From NCBI GenBank assembly GCA_963666835.2, contig CAXXGO010000006.1, positions 608,001 through 672,000 on the forward strand: 64,000 bases of DNA. The letters are read 5' to 3'. Below, piece after piece: positions 62,222 through 64,000 of this stretch. The notes beneath the pieces were generated by a model, which searched no databases, was not told the origin of the DNA, and saw nothing but the letters and a program-made list of their open reading frames with translations. This stretch comes from Phycisphaerae bacterium (lineage in GTDB: Bacteria; Planctomycetota; Phycisphaerae; UBA1845). The position numbers and the translations under genes are program-made. Each line of letters starts with the position of its first letter. Positions within the stretch are counted from its first letter, which is position 1.

Positions 62222-62932
62222 TCACGAGCCGGTCCCCACGGCGTGTAGCGGGTCGATAAGGCTCGCATCGGTGAAGGCAACGTCTCTGGCCAGACACGCT
62301 TCGCAACGACCACAGGGGTGCGGGTTCTTGCCAAGACAGGTTCGCGTCCTCTGCAAAGGCAGTTCGAACCGCTGGGCCAGCTTGATTATGTCGTGATACA
62401 CAACGTTCATCAGCGGCGCTTCCGCCACAACGGCCGAGCGGCCGGACGATGCGGTCTCGAGCATGATGTTGAAGGCGTGGATCAGCTCCTGCAGCCGGTC
62501 GGTGTGCCCGTCCGGCTGCGGCAGCCCCAGGTGAGTGGCAACGCATCGGGCCGATAACCCGGTCACCAGGCGGCTCGCCCCCACCTGGATCGCAACCTGA
62601 GCCCCGGCGGATAGCAGGACCGGCACCAGCCCCAGCAGGGACACGGCCGAGGGCTCCTGCGGACCCGCCGCCTCCCCGCGACGCTTGGATCCGGGCTCCC
62701 GGGCCAAGCCGTGAAGCCAGTCCTGGACCTGGACCACGTGAGGCAACGCCACCGTAATCGCCCGAGCCTTCGGCATGGCGGCGGCGATCGCCCGGACGGC
62801 CTCCTTCTCCGGCACCGCCGCGGATTGTCCGTAGTCCACGTGTACGAACGTAATCTCGTGGTCGCGGCCGTACCGGGCGGCGGCGACCGCCCCCTTGATC
62901 CCTCCGCCTGTAATGGCAACGATCGATTCCAC
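62222..62932 (-). CDS. QueC-like (PP-loop fold) protein with degenerate ATP motif
   Basis: HVDYGQ, APLM, TRTC-x7-CGRCEAC; GGGIKG instead of SGGxDS; GTG start with AAGGAGGT. Confidence 0.75.
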   Translation of the reverse strand: MESIVAITGGGIKGAVAAARYGRDHEITFVHVDYGQSAAVPEKEAVRAIAAAMPKARAITVALPHVVQVQDWLHGLAREPGSKRRGEAAGPQEPSAVSLLGLVPVLLSAGAQVAIQVGASRLVTGLSARCVATHLGLPQPDGHTDRLQELIHAFNIMLETASSGRSAVVAEAPLMNVVYHDIIKLAQRFELPLQRTRTCLGKNPHPCGRCEACLARDVAFTDASLIDPLHAVGTGS

Positions 62933-63019
62933 GAAGCCACCTCCTTCGCGATACGCTTTCACTTTGTATACTTATCGGCATGCTCGGTGGACCCGGGACA
63001 CCGAAACCGAACGTGACGC

Positions 63020-63034
63020 TGGCACGCAGTTTGT
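63020..63034 (+). promoter_or_regulatory. Possible sigma54-like site
   Basis: TGGCAC-N5-TTGT (imperfect -12) upstream of the DUF1015 gene. Confidence 0.25.
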
Positions 63035-63105
63035 AACAGCGCCCGAGAGAGTCGTATTGCACCGATTACTGCGACGTTTGTTGCCGTAACCTTTAGGAGT
63101 CAGCT

Positions 63106-64000
63106 ATGCCTCAGATCGCACCGTTTCCCGCCATTCGTTTTGACCACACCCGTACCAACGGTGATCTGTCCGCCCTGCTGGCTCCACCATACGACGTTCT
63201 GAACCAAAAGGACAAGGACGAACTGCTCGGCAAGAGCGGGCACAACATCGTGGCCATCGACCTGCCCCACATCCCGCCAAAGACCCTGGGCCCGCCCGCC
63301 GCGTACGAGAAATCCGCCGCCCTGCTGGCCGAGTGGCTCGAAGGCGGAACACTAACCCGCGAACAGAAGCCCGCCTTGTATCTGTATCACCAGGTGTTCA
63401 AACACGAAGGCCAAACGTACACGCGGCGGAAGTTCATCGCCCGGGTCCGCCTGCACCCGTTCTCCGACGGTGTCGTGCTCCCCCACGAGCAGACCTTCGG
63501 CGGTCCGAAGGAAGACCGCTTGGCCTTGATGAAGACGACCAAGTGCAATCTGTCTCCGGTGTTCGGGCTTTACTCAGACCCCGCTGACGAGATTGGGAAG
63601 GCGTTCGCCGCCTCGGCCGAGCACGCTCCGGACATTACCGGCAACCTCGATGGTATCGAAAACCGCATGTGGATTGTCACGGACGAAGCGGTCATCAGCC
63701 AAGTGGTCGCAGCCATGGCCGACAAGAAGCTGTTCATTGCCGATGGTCATCATCGCTACGGTACGGCCCTCAACTATCGCGACTGGTATACCGAGCAGCA
63801 GGGCGGCATTTTGCCCACAGACCACCCGGCGAACTTCGTTATGCTGGTTCTGGCGAGTATGGACGATCCCGGCTGCCTGATTCTGCCGTACAACCGGGCT
63901 CTCGCCGGGATTGATCTGGATACGGTGCTGGACGCCTGGAGCGCCGGCACCGAGGCGTGCCCGGTAGGGGAAGCTGATATCGTGTTGTATGAAGGCTCAA
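63106..64000 (+). CDS. DUF1015-family protein (partial; runs off the window)
   Basis: Manually translated: MPQIAPFPAIRF..APPYDV..LPHEQT..IADGHHRYGTA; AGGAG RBS; absent from the ORF track because there is no stop. Confidence 0.9.
   Translation, partial: MPQIAPFPAIRFDHTRTNGDLSALLAPPYDVLNQKDKDELLGKSGHNIVAIDLPHIPPKTLGPPAAYEKSAALLAEWLEGGTLTREQKPALYLYHQVFKHEGQTYTRRKFIARVRLHPFSDGVVLPHEQTFGGPKEDRLALMKTTKCNLSPVFGLYSDPADEIGKAFAASAEHAPDITGNLDGIENRMWIVTDEAVISQVVAAMADKKLFIADGHHRYGTALNYRDWYTEQQGGILPTDHPANFVMLVLASMDDPGCLILPYNRALAGIDLDTVLDAWSAGTEACPVGEADIVLYEGS

Overview
GC-rich bacterial chromosomal window. Gene content and protein style suggest Planctomycetota, probably Phycisphaerae (inference). It holds about 40 CDS. 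Housekeeping and metabolic genes include hutU, a serA-like dehydrogenase, an EF-G paralog, ispG, panB, hsp20-lon, thyX, aminotransferases and a partial DUF1015. Other content: a surface-glycan operon (GT-C, polysaccharide deacetylase, GNAT), a large beta-propeller/multi-PAS kinase with a REC-PAS-REC-Zn-ribbon partner, an orphan flagellin and an orphan DNA methyltransferase. A signalling island (REC-PP2C, STAS, three paralogous Cache-PAS histidine kinases) has its third kinase split by an intact IS1595-family element with an 8-bp target duplication. The most notable items are: (i) an unannotated ~290-nt intergenic segment (8352-8641) that pairs end-to-end as an imperfect rod, a candidate ncRNA or decayed inverted element; (ii) a CsgG-like / triple-LPP20 / small-lipoprotein envelope operon; (iii) three intact ORFs that lack canonical catalytic motifs (HemL-like, GHMP kinase-like, QueC-like); (iv) four co-occurring families of short palindromic repeats, three of them GTAG/GTGG-led REP-like, forming REPIN/BIME-like mosaics. 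No rRNA, tRNA or CRISPR array was recognised. All calls come from manual reading; no searches were run.
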